Below are positions 7,588-15,178 of a DNA stretch of 28,977 nt, one piece after another. This DNA is from Candidatus Fermentibacteraceae bacterium. GTDB taxonomy: Bacteria; Fermentibacterota; Fermentibacteria; Fermentibacterales; JCC-6. A program made the position numbers and the translations under genes. The notes under the pieces are model-generated. The model searched no databases. It saw only the letters and a program-made list of their open reading frames with translations, and had not been told where the DNA came from. Numbering within the stretch: position 1 is the stretch's first letter; each line of letters starts with the position of its first letter. Where the stretch lies: assembly GCA_041686025.1 (NCBI GenBank), contig JAWLEP010000033.1, positions 1 through 28,977 on the forward strand, given 5' to 3'.

Positions 7588-10045
7588 TCCGTACCACCCT
7601 GCCCGTGCGGGATCTGCCAGCGAATTCCACGCGGAACAGGTAGACGCCGCATGGCACCGCGTTCCCCCTGTCGTCGCGGCCGTTCCACTGTACGCTCCGC
7701 ATGCCCGGACCCGCGTACCCTTCGCGCAGAGTCGCCAACGCTCTTCCGCTCAGGTCGTAGATGCGGACCGTGGCCGGGCCCTCCTCGGGCTGGCTGAAGG
7801 AGATGACTGTGGATGCCCGGAAGGGGTTGGGGGCGGGAGCCTCCAGCACCAGCCTGCCCGGCACCTCGGGGGAGCTCACTCCGGGGCCATGGCCGCAGGC
7901 GTATACACCTCCTTCGGAGAGGCTGCAGTAGATCCGGCCGGACTGCCACCAGTCCTCCACCCGCCTCCAGCCGCTCTCCCCCAGACGGAAGATGCCGACC
8001 TCGCCGGTGGCCGACTCGAAGGAGAGGGTGCCGCCCACGGGGGGGACGCTCACCGGCCCCCCCGTGATCTCCGTCATCAGCCCTCCGTCGCTTCCCAGAG
8101 GGACGCCGGCGGGCAGCTGCGAGCCCATGGCGTCCACCTGGGCCAGGAACAGCACGCAGCCCGGCGGCGCTTCCCCCCCGGAGACCAGCAGCCGCGCTCC
8201 GCCGGCGGAGAGCGAGAGGTCGCCGGAGCCTCCGAAGGCCACGGCGAACTCCTTCTCGGCCTGGTGGGGAAGGCCCAGGCTGTCGTACCCGGAGCAGACC
8301 ATCCGGTATTGCCCCGGGCTCCATGCATGAACCCGCCCGCTCCATATGGGGCCCCAGAACCTGTCCATCTCCATGATCCGGGTGCTGTCTGGCTCTCCGT
8401 CGGGGCCCAGCAGCGAGACCTCCAGCCTGGGGCCCACCCAGTCGAAGCCGTAGAGGGCTTCGCTTTCGGTCCTGTACAGCGAGGAGTAGACCTGCAGGTA
8501 CTCTGTGTTCAGGGAGTTCTGCAGCGCGCTGAGCAGCAGGCCCTTCTCCGCCGTGTCCTGGCTGATGGTGTAGCGCAGCAGGGGCGTTCCCCCGGGGTTG
8601 TTGTTGGAGAGGACCAGGTAGGTGGACCCGCCGGCTAGGTCGAAGGTGCCGGCGTAGAGCTCGTTCAGATCTATCTTCTCCACCGAGGCCACTGTGGTTG
8701 TGTCGGCCAGCACCACCCTGTACGCCGCCCAGTGGGCGTCTAGGTTGAAGCCCGAGCCGTCGTTCTGGTTGTACATGCAGTTCAGGAAGACCTCTTCATT
8801 GCCTCCGGAGTAGTCGCCCGTGAACTCCACGTACTGCGCCGCGAACACCGGTGCGCTCATGCCGTAGCGCGGATGGGCGATCCAGGTGGACAGCGGATAG
8901 GAGTCGAACTCCGTGATGAAGCTGGCGGGGTTGCCGATGTAGGAGAACTCGTAGCCCGTGCCCTCCAGGAACGGGTAGCGGTATATCCCCCCGCCAAAGT
9001 CACCGGCTATGAAGGCGATGAGGTTTGTCACCAGCCAGTCCTCGTAGAGGGGGTAGATGATCCCGGGCAGCAGTGCGCTGTCCGGGGCGGCCGGATCGAT
9101 GGCGGAGGCTATTCCCTCCATGCCCGCGCCGTCGGACCCGGCGATCTCCGGGATCAGGCCGGAACCCTCCCTGTACTCCAGGTACTTCAGCCACAGCAGC
9201 GCGGCCCCCAGGTTCTCCGAGAAGTCGCTTCCCCTCTGGCCGGAGTTCCAGTGGGTCAGCTCAATGCATCCGGCCGTTGCGAAGTCGCTCAGGCAGTCCA
9301 CTATGCCGATGTACTCGTTGAAGGCCGAGGTCAGGCCGTAGCACTCGTACTGCGCGTACATGCCCAGACCCCTGATGAGCCAGCGCTCCTCGTCCGGGTT
9401 GGCGGCTATCCGGAAGAGCTGGCCCAGTCCCATGGGTACCGACCAGGTGTGGATGGCTCCCCGTATCTCCTTCCAGGTGCTGCCGGGCAGGTTCTTGTAG
9501 ACGCCGAGGCTTATGTAGAAGATGTCGTGGTCGTTGCCGGAGACGCCGCTGCCGTCGAAGTCCTCGGGCCAGACGTAGGCCCAGCTCTGCAGCCTGGTGG
9601 CCGGACCCGCCGGCTGCGGCCAGTAGTCCCTCATGTCGGCGAAGACTATCCAGATGCGGTCGTCGTCGTTGGGGGTGTCCGGCATGGGGCCCAGAGCGGA
9701 TGTCACCGTACCCCAGACGTCGACGCCGGCCCCCTCGAACTGGGCCGTGAGGCTGTCCAGCTCCTGCTGGTCGATCAGATCGTCCCAGAGGATCTGGTGG
9801 TCCATGGTGGTGTCGGGCAGGTCTATGAAGCTGGTGTCCTGCACCAGCCAGACTGCATGCTCGGTCACCGCCCGGCAGGTGAACCGGCGCGTCTGGAGAT
9901 CCTCGGTGGCGTAGGAGATGTCGGGCACCAGAAGATCAACGGTGTCCCCCACCTCCATGGAGGCCGCCGAGACGAAGGCCAGGAAGAGCAGGGCCGCAGT
10001 GAATGATGCCGGCCGGAGCCTGCTACCTTTCCGGGGGGCGCCCAT
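7580..10045 (-). CDS. Secreted M30/M6-like (zincin-fold) pseudo-metallopeptidase with FlgD-Ig/T9SS C-terminal domain
   Basis: Start ATG 10045 after GAAAGGAAG; signal peptide; DDRIWIVFAD...NDHDIFYI...DEERWLIRGLGMYAQ...GAALLWLKYL resembles M30/immune-inhibitor-A-like domains but has no HExxH; CTD PNPF...IYDLSGR...WNGRDDRG...GVYLFRV. Confidence 0.7.
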   Translation of the reverse strand: MGAPRKGSRLRPASFTAALLFLAFVSAASMEVGDTVDLLVPDISYATEDLQTRRFTCRAVTEHAVWLVQDTSFIDLPDTTMDHQILWDDLIDQQELDSLTAQFEGAGVDVWGTVTSALGPMPDTPNDDDRIWIVFADMRDYWPQPAGPATRLQSWAYVWPEDFDGSGVSGNDHDIFYISLGVYKNLPGSTWKEIRGAIHTWSVPMGLGQLFRIAANPDEERWLIRGLGMYAQYECYGLTSAFNEYIGIVDCLSDFATAGCIELTHWNSGQRGSDFSENLGAALLWLKYLEYREGSGLIPEIAGSDGAGMEGIASAIDPAAPDSALLPGIIYPLYEDWLVTNLIAFIAGDFGGGIYRYPFLEGTGYEFSYIGNPASFITEFDSYPLSTWIAHPRYGMSAPVFAAQYVEFTGDYSGGNEEVFLNCMYNQNDGSGFNLDAHWAAYRVVLADTTTVASVEKIDLNELYAGTFDLAGGSTYLVLSNNNPGGTPLLRYTISQDTAEKGLLLSALQNSLNTEYLQVYSSLYRTESEALYGFDWVGPRLEVSLLGPDGEPDSTRIMEMDRFWGPIWSGRVHAWSPGQYRMVCSGYDSLGLPHQAEKEFAVAFGGSGDLSLSAGGARLLVSGGEAPPGCVLFLAQVDAMGSQLPAGVPLGSDGGLMTEITGGPVSVPPVGGTLSFESATGEVGIFRLGESGWRRVEDWWQSGRIYCSLSEGGVYACGHGPGVSSPEVPGRLVLEAPAPNPFRASTVISFSQPEEGPATVRIYDLSGRALATLREGYAGPGMRSVQWNGRDDRGNAVPCGVYLFRVEFAGRSRTGRVVRIE

Positions 10046-10208
10046 GGGTGCTTCCTTTCGCAAGGTCTTGAGCCGGTCGCTGCATGATACCCGCACTTTC
10101 TCCGAGGCGTCAATGGAGTTCGTTTCCGCAGGGACGTTTGACCGGAAACGCGGCGGCGGCTAGTGTTAGCTGGGCCATCAGAGCATTGCTTACTTTTGGG
10201 GGAGGACG

Positions 10209-11270
10209 ATGATGCGCATGTGCTTCGGCAGGGGCGTCGGGATAGGGGACTCTCTGCTGCTGGCCGCGCTGCTGCTGTGCAGCTGCATCGACAGCCCCGC
10301 CACCACGGAGCCCCCCAACCCCTACGCCTCCGAGCTGGAGCTGCTGTGGGAGCTGTTCGACGGGGAGTACGCGGGCTTCGAAGGAAGCGGCGTGGACTGG
10401 CAGGGCGTGCTGCAGTCCTACCTGCCCCTGGCGGATGCGGTCTCCTCGGAGGAGGGGATGACGTGGCTCATGTCCGACCTCCTGGGGGAGCTCTCCGACC
10501 CCAACGTCGTCCTGGTATCCCCGCAGGGCGATACGCTGAGGCCCTGCGACCCTTCCGCGGAGCAGAACTGCGACCTGGAACTGCTGGAGGACTACCTGGA
10601 GCCGTGGGACTTCCAGTGGAGGCAGGAGGGCATCTGGGGATTCTGCCTGGCGGGGGAGGACTCCGCCGGATACGTGGTCCTGCAGAGCTGGGACGCCGGC
10701 CTGAACGTCAGCCTGTTCGACAACGTCCTGCAGACCGTTCCCCCCGAGCCCGGCCTGATCATAGACGCCCGGCCCTGCGGCGGCGGCGTGGAGAGCTCTG
10801 TGTACAAGGTGGTCCGCCGTTTCGTGGACGTCCAGCGGGCGGGCTACCTCTGGCGGGAGAGGCAGGGGGCCGGCACCCACGACCTCACCGACCCCGAGCC
10901 GTTCTGGATGGTCCCCCGGCCCTGGCGCTACCAGGGCGAGGTGGTGGTCCTGACTGGCGGGGCCAGCCGGGGTCCGGCGGAGGCCTTTTCCTGCATGATG
11001 GGCCAGCTTCCGCAGGTGACGGTCATCGGAGACACCACCCTGGGGGCCGGCAACTGGCCCGCCGACACCTTTGCCCTCACCGAAGGCCGTCAGGTCCTCT
11101 GCCCCGTGCGGGTGGTGCTGAGGCCGGACTCCGTCGCCATACAGGGAGCGGGGGTGCCTCCGGACCTGTACGTGGAGGCCACCGGGGAGGACTTCTCGCA
11201 GGGAATCGATCCGGTGCTGGAGGAGGCATTCGGGCTGCTGGGCGCCAGCCCCCCCGACCGGCCCCGCTAG
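10209..11270 (+). CDS. S41 family (Tricorn C1 + peptidase S41) lipoprotein, predicted inactive
   Basis: GGAGG RBS; lipobox LLCSC; LWELFDGEY...GVDW (Tricorn C1-like), LIIDARPCGGG, VVVLTGGASRGPAEAF, VTVIGDTTLGAG, QGAGVPPD, DPVLEEA. Confidence 0.8.
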   Translation: MMRMCFGRGVGIGDSLLLAALLLCSCIDSPATTEPPNPYASELELLWELFDGEYAGFEGSGVDWQGVLQSYLPLADAVSSEEGMTWLMSDLLGELSDPNVVLVSPQGDTLRPCDPSAEQNCDLELLEDYLEPWDFQWRQEGIWGFCLAGEDSAGYVVLQSWDAGLNVSLFDNVLQTVPPEPGLIIDARPCGGGVESSVYKVVRRFVDVQRAGYLWRERQGAGTHDLTDPEPFWMVPRPWRYQGEVVVLTGGASRGPAEAFSCMMGQLPQVTVIGDTTLGAGNWPADTFALTEGRQVLCPVRVVLRPDSVAIQGAGVPPDLYVEATGEDFSQGIDPVLEEAFGLLGASPPDRPR

Positions 11271-11276
11271 ATCCTC

Positions 11277-12275
11277 TCAGATCTCCGAGGTGAGCACCAG
11301 CACGTACTCCCCGTTGGCGTGGGAGGTGATGTCCCAGGGGAAGCCGTCCAGCGGAATGGGGTCGGTCTTCTCGCCGGTGATAAAGTCCACGGCGGTAACC
11401 GCGCTGACCCCGTCCCCCAGGTAGCTCAGTACGTAGAACAGGGTGGTCCCGGGCACGCTGCAGATGTCCACCGGATGGCCGGCGATGGGCAGGGCGGTGA
11501 CCTCCGGCTGGGTGAAGTTGACGCAGACGGAGACGCTCCCGGTGCTGCCGTACCAGCTGGGGTGGGTGGCGGCCCATATGGACTCCGCCGGGAAGGCCTG
11601 GGCGCCGGAGCAGACGCTGCCCAGCTCGGCGGCGTCCGAGATGTAGAAGGTGGCCAGGTCCACGGCGTAGACGGTGCCGGCGTCGTCGGCGCAGGCCACC
11701 AGCAGGTAGCGGTCCTGATGGGACTCCACCGTGGCCTCCACCGCCGGCTCGTCCAGGGGGTCGGTGCTCCGCAGAACCGAGTTGTCCGCGGAGTCCACCT
11801 CCCGGATGCGGCCGTCGCTGCCGTCCACCACGTAGAACAGCTGGCTGGCGGGGGAGGCGCACAGGCCCACCGGCAGGGGGCCGGCGGTGATCTCGTCCAC
11901 CACCAGGCCCATGCCCACGTTCACCTCCAGTATCCTCCCCGCAGCCCCGATCACGTAGGCCACTCCCGGTTTCGGAAGGATGATGTCGCCGTATCCGGCG
12001 CCGCTGCTGGGCCCGATGGCGAAGGAGGTGTCCAGCGACATGTCCGGCGAGCTGAACCGATGAAGCCGTCCGGAGCCGGTGGAGACCAGGAAGGACGCGC
12101 TGCCCAGCGAGGCCAGGGCGCGGCCATCGCCGAAGCCCGAGGCCTGTCCCGCCACGGTGTTGTCCTCGACCCGCAGCTTGACCACCCCGCTGGCAGCGGT
12201 GGTGGAGTACTCCACCGGCTGGTGGCAGGCCGCCGCCAGCAGGGCCAGTGCGGCCAGCCTGCGGACGGCTACCAC
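11277..12275 (-). CDS. YVTN/YncE-like beta-propeller lipoprotein
   Basis: Start GTG 12275 overlapping the receptor 3' end (MVAVRRLAALALLAAAC lipobox); repeated blades (AYVIG, GPLPVGLCASP..FYVVD, GHPVDIC..FYVL, GFPWDITS). Confidence 0.75.
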   Translation of the reverse strand: MVAVRRLAALALLAAACHQPVEYSTTAASGVVKLRVEDNTVAGQASGFGDGRALASLGSASFLVSTGSGRLHRFSSPDMSLDTSFAIGPSSGAGYGDIILPKPGVAYVIGAAGRILEVNVGMGLVVDEITAGPLPVGLCASPASQLFYVVDGSDGRIREVDSADNSVLRSTDPLDEPAVEATVESHQDRYLLVACADDAGTVYAVDLATFYISDAAELGSVCSGAQAFPAESIWAATHPSWYGSTGSVSVCVNFTQPEVTALPIAGHPVDICSVPGTTLFYVLSYLGDGVSAVTAVDFITGEKTDPIPLDGFPWDITSHANGEYVLVLTSEI

Positions 12276-14941
12276 TGCGCGCTCACCCCGAACATCACGT
12301 GCCGGGCCGGCGACCAGGCCGCCGGGTTGGAGGTGGCGCCTCCGGGGTCGCCGCCATCCAGGTAGAGGGCCGGGTCGTAGATGTCCACCACGTTCCTCCG
12401 GTCGAAGAGGTTGTAGACCGTGGCCCGGGCCTCCAGGGTCAGCGGCCCCGCCCATATCCTCCGCGAGGCCTGCAGGTCGGTCTGCATCGTCCAGGGGTAG
12501 CGGCGGGTGTTGACCTCCGGGATCGAGTCCGCCGGGGGCGGGCTGAAGGGGAAGCCGCTGCCCCAGGACCAGTCCAAGCTGAGGCCGGCGCCCTCCAGGG
12601 GCCGGAAGCCGCCCATAACCGGCCCTTCCCCGCGGTCCAGAGCCAGCAGCAGGTGCGCGTTGGCCGTGTGGCGCTGGTCCCAGTCCAGGTAGTGCTCGTC
12701 TGCGGGTACGGTTCCGTAGCCCTCCGACGAGTACCGGTACTGCTCGGTGGAGGAGGAGTAGCGGCCCTCGGCCAGGGAGTAGGTGTAGCCCAGGCTCCCC
12801 GACCAGCCGCTTCCCGTGAGCCTGGAAAGGGTGAGCTCCACCCCCTGGACGGTGGCGTAGCTGTCGTCGTTCTCGTAGCGGAAGAAGTAGTCGCCCCCCT
12901 CCGCCGAGCTGGGAGCGGTGCGTACCAGGCCGGTGATCCGCTTGCTGAAGGCGGCGAAGGAGAGGCTGGAGAGCGGGTCGAACCTGTGCCGCACGCCGGC
13001 CTCGTAGGAGCTGGTTCTCACCGCGTCCAGGTCGGGGTTGCCCACGATGGAGTAGGAGCCGGTGAGGTTGTAGTTGGTGCCGAAGAACATCTGGTTGAGG
13101 CTGGGCATCTGGAAGTAGTGGCCGTAGGTGGCGAAGAACACGTCGTTCTCCGATACCGGGTGGGTCATCCCCAGCCTGGGGCTGATCTGGTACTTCGCCG
13201 GGACCTCTTCGGTGCCCTCCCCGCCGGCCTCCACCAGCTCGGTGCTGGGGTCGAAGGCCTCCAGCCTCAGGCCCGTGTTCAGCACCATGGCCCCCGAGAA
13301 GTCGAAGGAGGTCTGCAGGTAGGCGGCGCCGGAGTAGGGACTGGCCCTCCAGTTGCTGACGAAGGTCTGTCCCGGAGCGCCGGAGTAGACGCTGAAGTCG
13401 TATATGTCGAAGTACTTCCCCTCCAGGCCGACCTTGACCTCCAGCATGGGCCCCACCCTGCTGGTCACCGAGGCCCGGCCGGTGGTGACGCTGCTGCTGG
13501 ACTCCAGCCAGACCTCCGGGTGTATGCCGCCGTGGTAGAAGCCCAGGGAGTCGGCCACCCTCTCCTCGGGGTAGAACTCGGCGTACCAGGCCGCGGGGGT
13601 GAGGTCGTCGCCCAGGTAGCCCCCGCCCGGGTCACGGACCCTCCTCCAGTGGCGGAACTCCCCCTGGTCGGCCAGCAGCTCCATCACCGTGCCGTCACCC
13701 AGCAGCCGCGAGAACCTGGCGGTGAGCCCCCAGCTCTCCTCGAACCTTACGGGGAGGGCGTAGTCGATGTGGCCGCCGATGTAGGGCTCGCCGTCAATGT
13801 AGGCCGGCTGGTCGTAACGGGACCATGCCCACTCGTCCCAACCTGACTGGCGGTAGGAGTATCTGCCCAGCAGGCCTATCTGGGTGGAGGGAACCGGCCT
13901 GTAGCTGAGGTTGAGGCAGCCGCTGACGAGGTTCTGCCAGTTGTTGTCCCAGTTGCCCCGACTGTCCCGGAGGTCGAAGCCGCTGCGGCTCCACTCCACT
14001 GCCCCGAAGAAGCGGGCCTCTCCGGGGACCTCCACTCCCAGCGAAGGAAGCAGAAGCCCTGTGAGGGGCTCGGGGCCACCCAGGGAGGCCTGGCCGTCCA
14101 GGCAGTCGCCGCGGAAGTTGGAGTTCTCCGAGGGCTCTGAGTAGTTGCGGGTCTCGCTCTCGCCCCCGAAGGCGGTCATGTCCCCGGCGCCCAGGTCCAG
14201 GCTTCCCTCGTAGTCGGAGCCCCCCTCCCGGACCACCATCCTGACTATACCCGACATGGCGTTGCCGTACTCGGCCCCGAAGCCGCCGGTGGCCACCGAG
14301 GTCTCCGCCAGGGCCGACAGGGGCACGGTGGCCACCATGGCGTTGGTCATGGGCGAGCGTACCGAGACCCCGTCAAGCAGGTAGTCCACCTCGCCCCCCC
14401 TGCCGCCGCGGACGTGTATCTCGCCGCCCCGGGTGGTGATCCCCGCCTGCCTGCCCACCACGTCCAGGACGCTGGCCACGGGCATGGTCTCTATCTCGCT
14501 GCGGTCGATGACGTGCATGGTGGAGGGAACGTCCTCCAGTATCCGGTTGCGCTGGCCCCGGACCTCTATGACAGTCACCCCGCTGGCGGCCTCCGACAGC
14601 TGAAAGTCGATGCGGGTGGTCTGGTCGGAAACCACGGTTACGCCCTCCACGGAGACCGTCTCCATCCCCACCATCCGGGCGGTGAGGGCGTAGTCGCCGG
14701 GGGACAGCCGCGATATCACGTACTCCCCGTTGCCGTCGGCCATGGCCCCGAAGCTGGTCCCCTCCACCAGAACGGTGGCCCCGGGAACCGGCTCTCCCGA
14801 GCCGTCGGTCACCCGGCCGGTGACGGTACCCGTGGTGGAAGCCAGGGAGATCGAGAAAAGTATCAGAGCGGCGACTGGATGTTTCAGAGCGTTGCCCTTT
14901 CGTGTGCCCCGATGAAGTCGGAACATGAACATTGCATACAC
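12269..14941 (-). CDS. TonB-dependent receptor with N-terminal carboxypeptidase-regulatory-like domain
   Basis: GTVTGRVTD..GEPVPGATVLVEGT..GAMAD.NGEY; plug HVRGGRGGEVDYLLDG; AEYGNAMSGIV; SPRLG, GNPDL, YNLFD; terminal aromatic W. Start uncertain (GTG 14941, ATG 14932/14926 or CTG 14887). Confidence 0.9.
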   Translation of the reverse strand: MYAMFMFRLHRGTRKGNALKHPVAALILFSISLASTTGTVTGRVTDGSGEPVPGATVLVEGTSFGAMADGNGEYVISRLSPGDYALTARMVGMETVSVEGVTVVSDQTTRIDFQLSEAASGVTVIEVRGQRNRILEDVPSTMHVIDRSEIETMPVASVLDVVGRQAGITTRGGEIHVRGGRGGEVDYLLDGVSVRSPMTNAMVATVPLSALAETSVATGGFGAEYGNAMSGIVRMVVREGGSDYEGSLDLGAGDMTAFGGESETRNYSEPSENSNFRGDCLDGQASLGGPEPLTGLLLPSLGVEVPGEARFFGAVEWSRSGFDLRDSRGNWDNNWQNLVSGCLNLSYRPVPSTQIGLLGRYSYRQSGWDEWAWSRYDQPAYIDGEPYIGGHIDYALPVRFEESWGLTARFSRLLGDGTVMELLADQGEFRHWRRVRDPGGGYLGDDLTPAAWYAEFYPEERVADSLGFYHGGIHPEVWLESSSSVTTGRASVTSRVGPMLEVKVGLEGKYFDIYDFSVYSGAPGQTFVSNWRASPYSGAAYLQTSFDFSGAMVLNTGLRLEAFDPSTELVEAGGEGTEEVPAKYQISPRLGMTHPVSENDVFFATYGHYFQMPSLNQMFFGTNYNLTGSYSIVGNPDLDAVRTSSYEAGVRHRFDPLSSLSFAAFSKRITGLVRTAPSSAEGGDYFFRYENDDSYATVQGVELTLSRLTGSGWSGSLGYTYSLAEGRYSSSTEQYRYSSEGYGTVPADEHYLDWDQRHTANAHLLLALDRGEGPVMGGFRPLEGAGLSLDWSWGSGFPFSPPPADSIPEVNTRRYPWTMQTDLQASRRIWAGPLTLEARATVYNLFDRRNVVDIYDPALYLDGGDPGGATSNPAAWSPARHVMFGVSAQW

Positions 14942-15178
14942 TTGCCCCCCGCCTGTAGTGTGTCAATCGAGCCCTCTGGAACCGGGAGGACGGCGTGCGG
15001 GGACCCTGTACCGGGGTGACTCTGATTCGTAAATTGTCCATTCCGCCGGTGCCCGGCCGCGCCGGCGGGCTGGGTCATGGCCTCTGCGTCCCCGGCGGGG
15101 GAACGTTGTGCGCCAATACCTGTATATAGCTTGAAGGGGCCGCCGGCCGGCGGCGGGCCATAGCCGGGAAGGCGATAG

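Noticed and set aside
12248..13846. 532-aa antisense ORF (likewise 768..1916, 4478..5827, 17465..18730, 19640..20818, 20787..22316)
   Set aside because: Antisense shadows of real genes in GC-rich DNA; no motifs.
14942..15178. Possible cobalamin riboswitch or Fur box upstream of the TonB receptor
   Set aside because: No B12-box or Fur consensus recognised on either strand.
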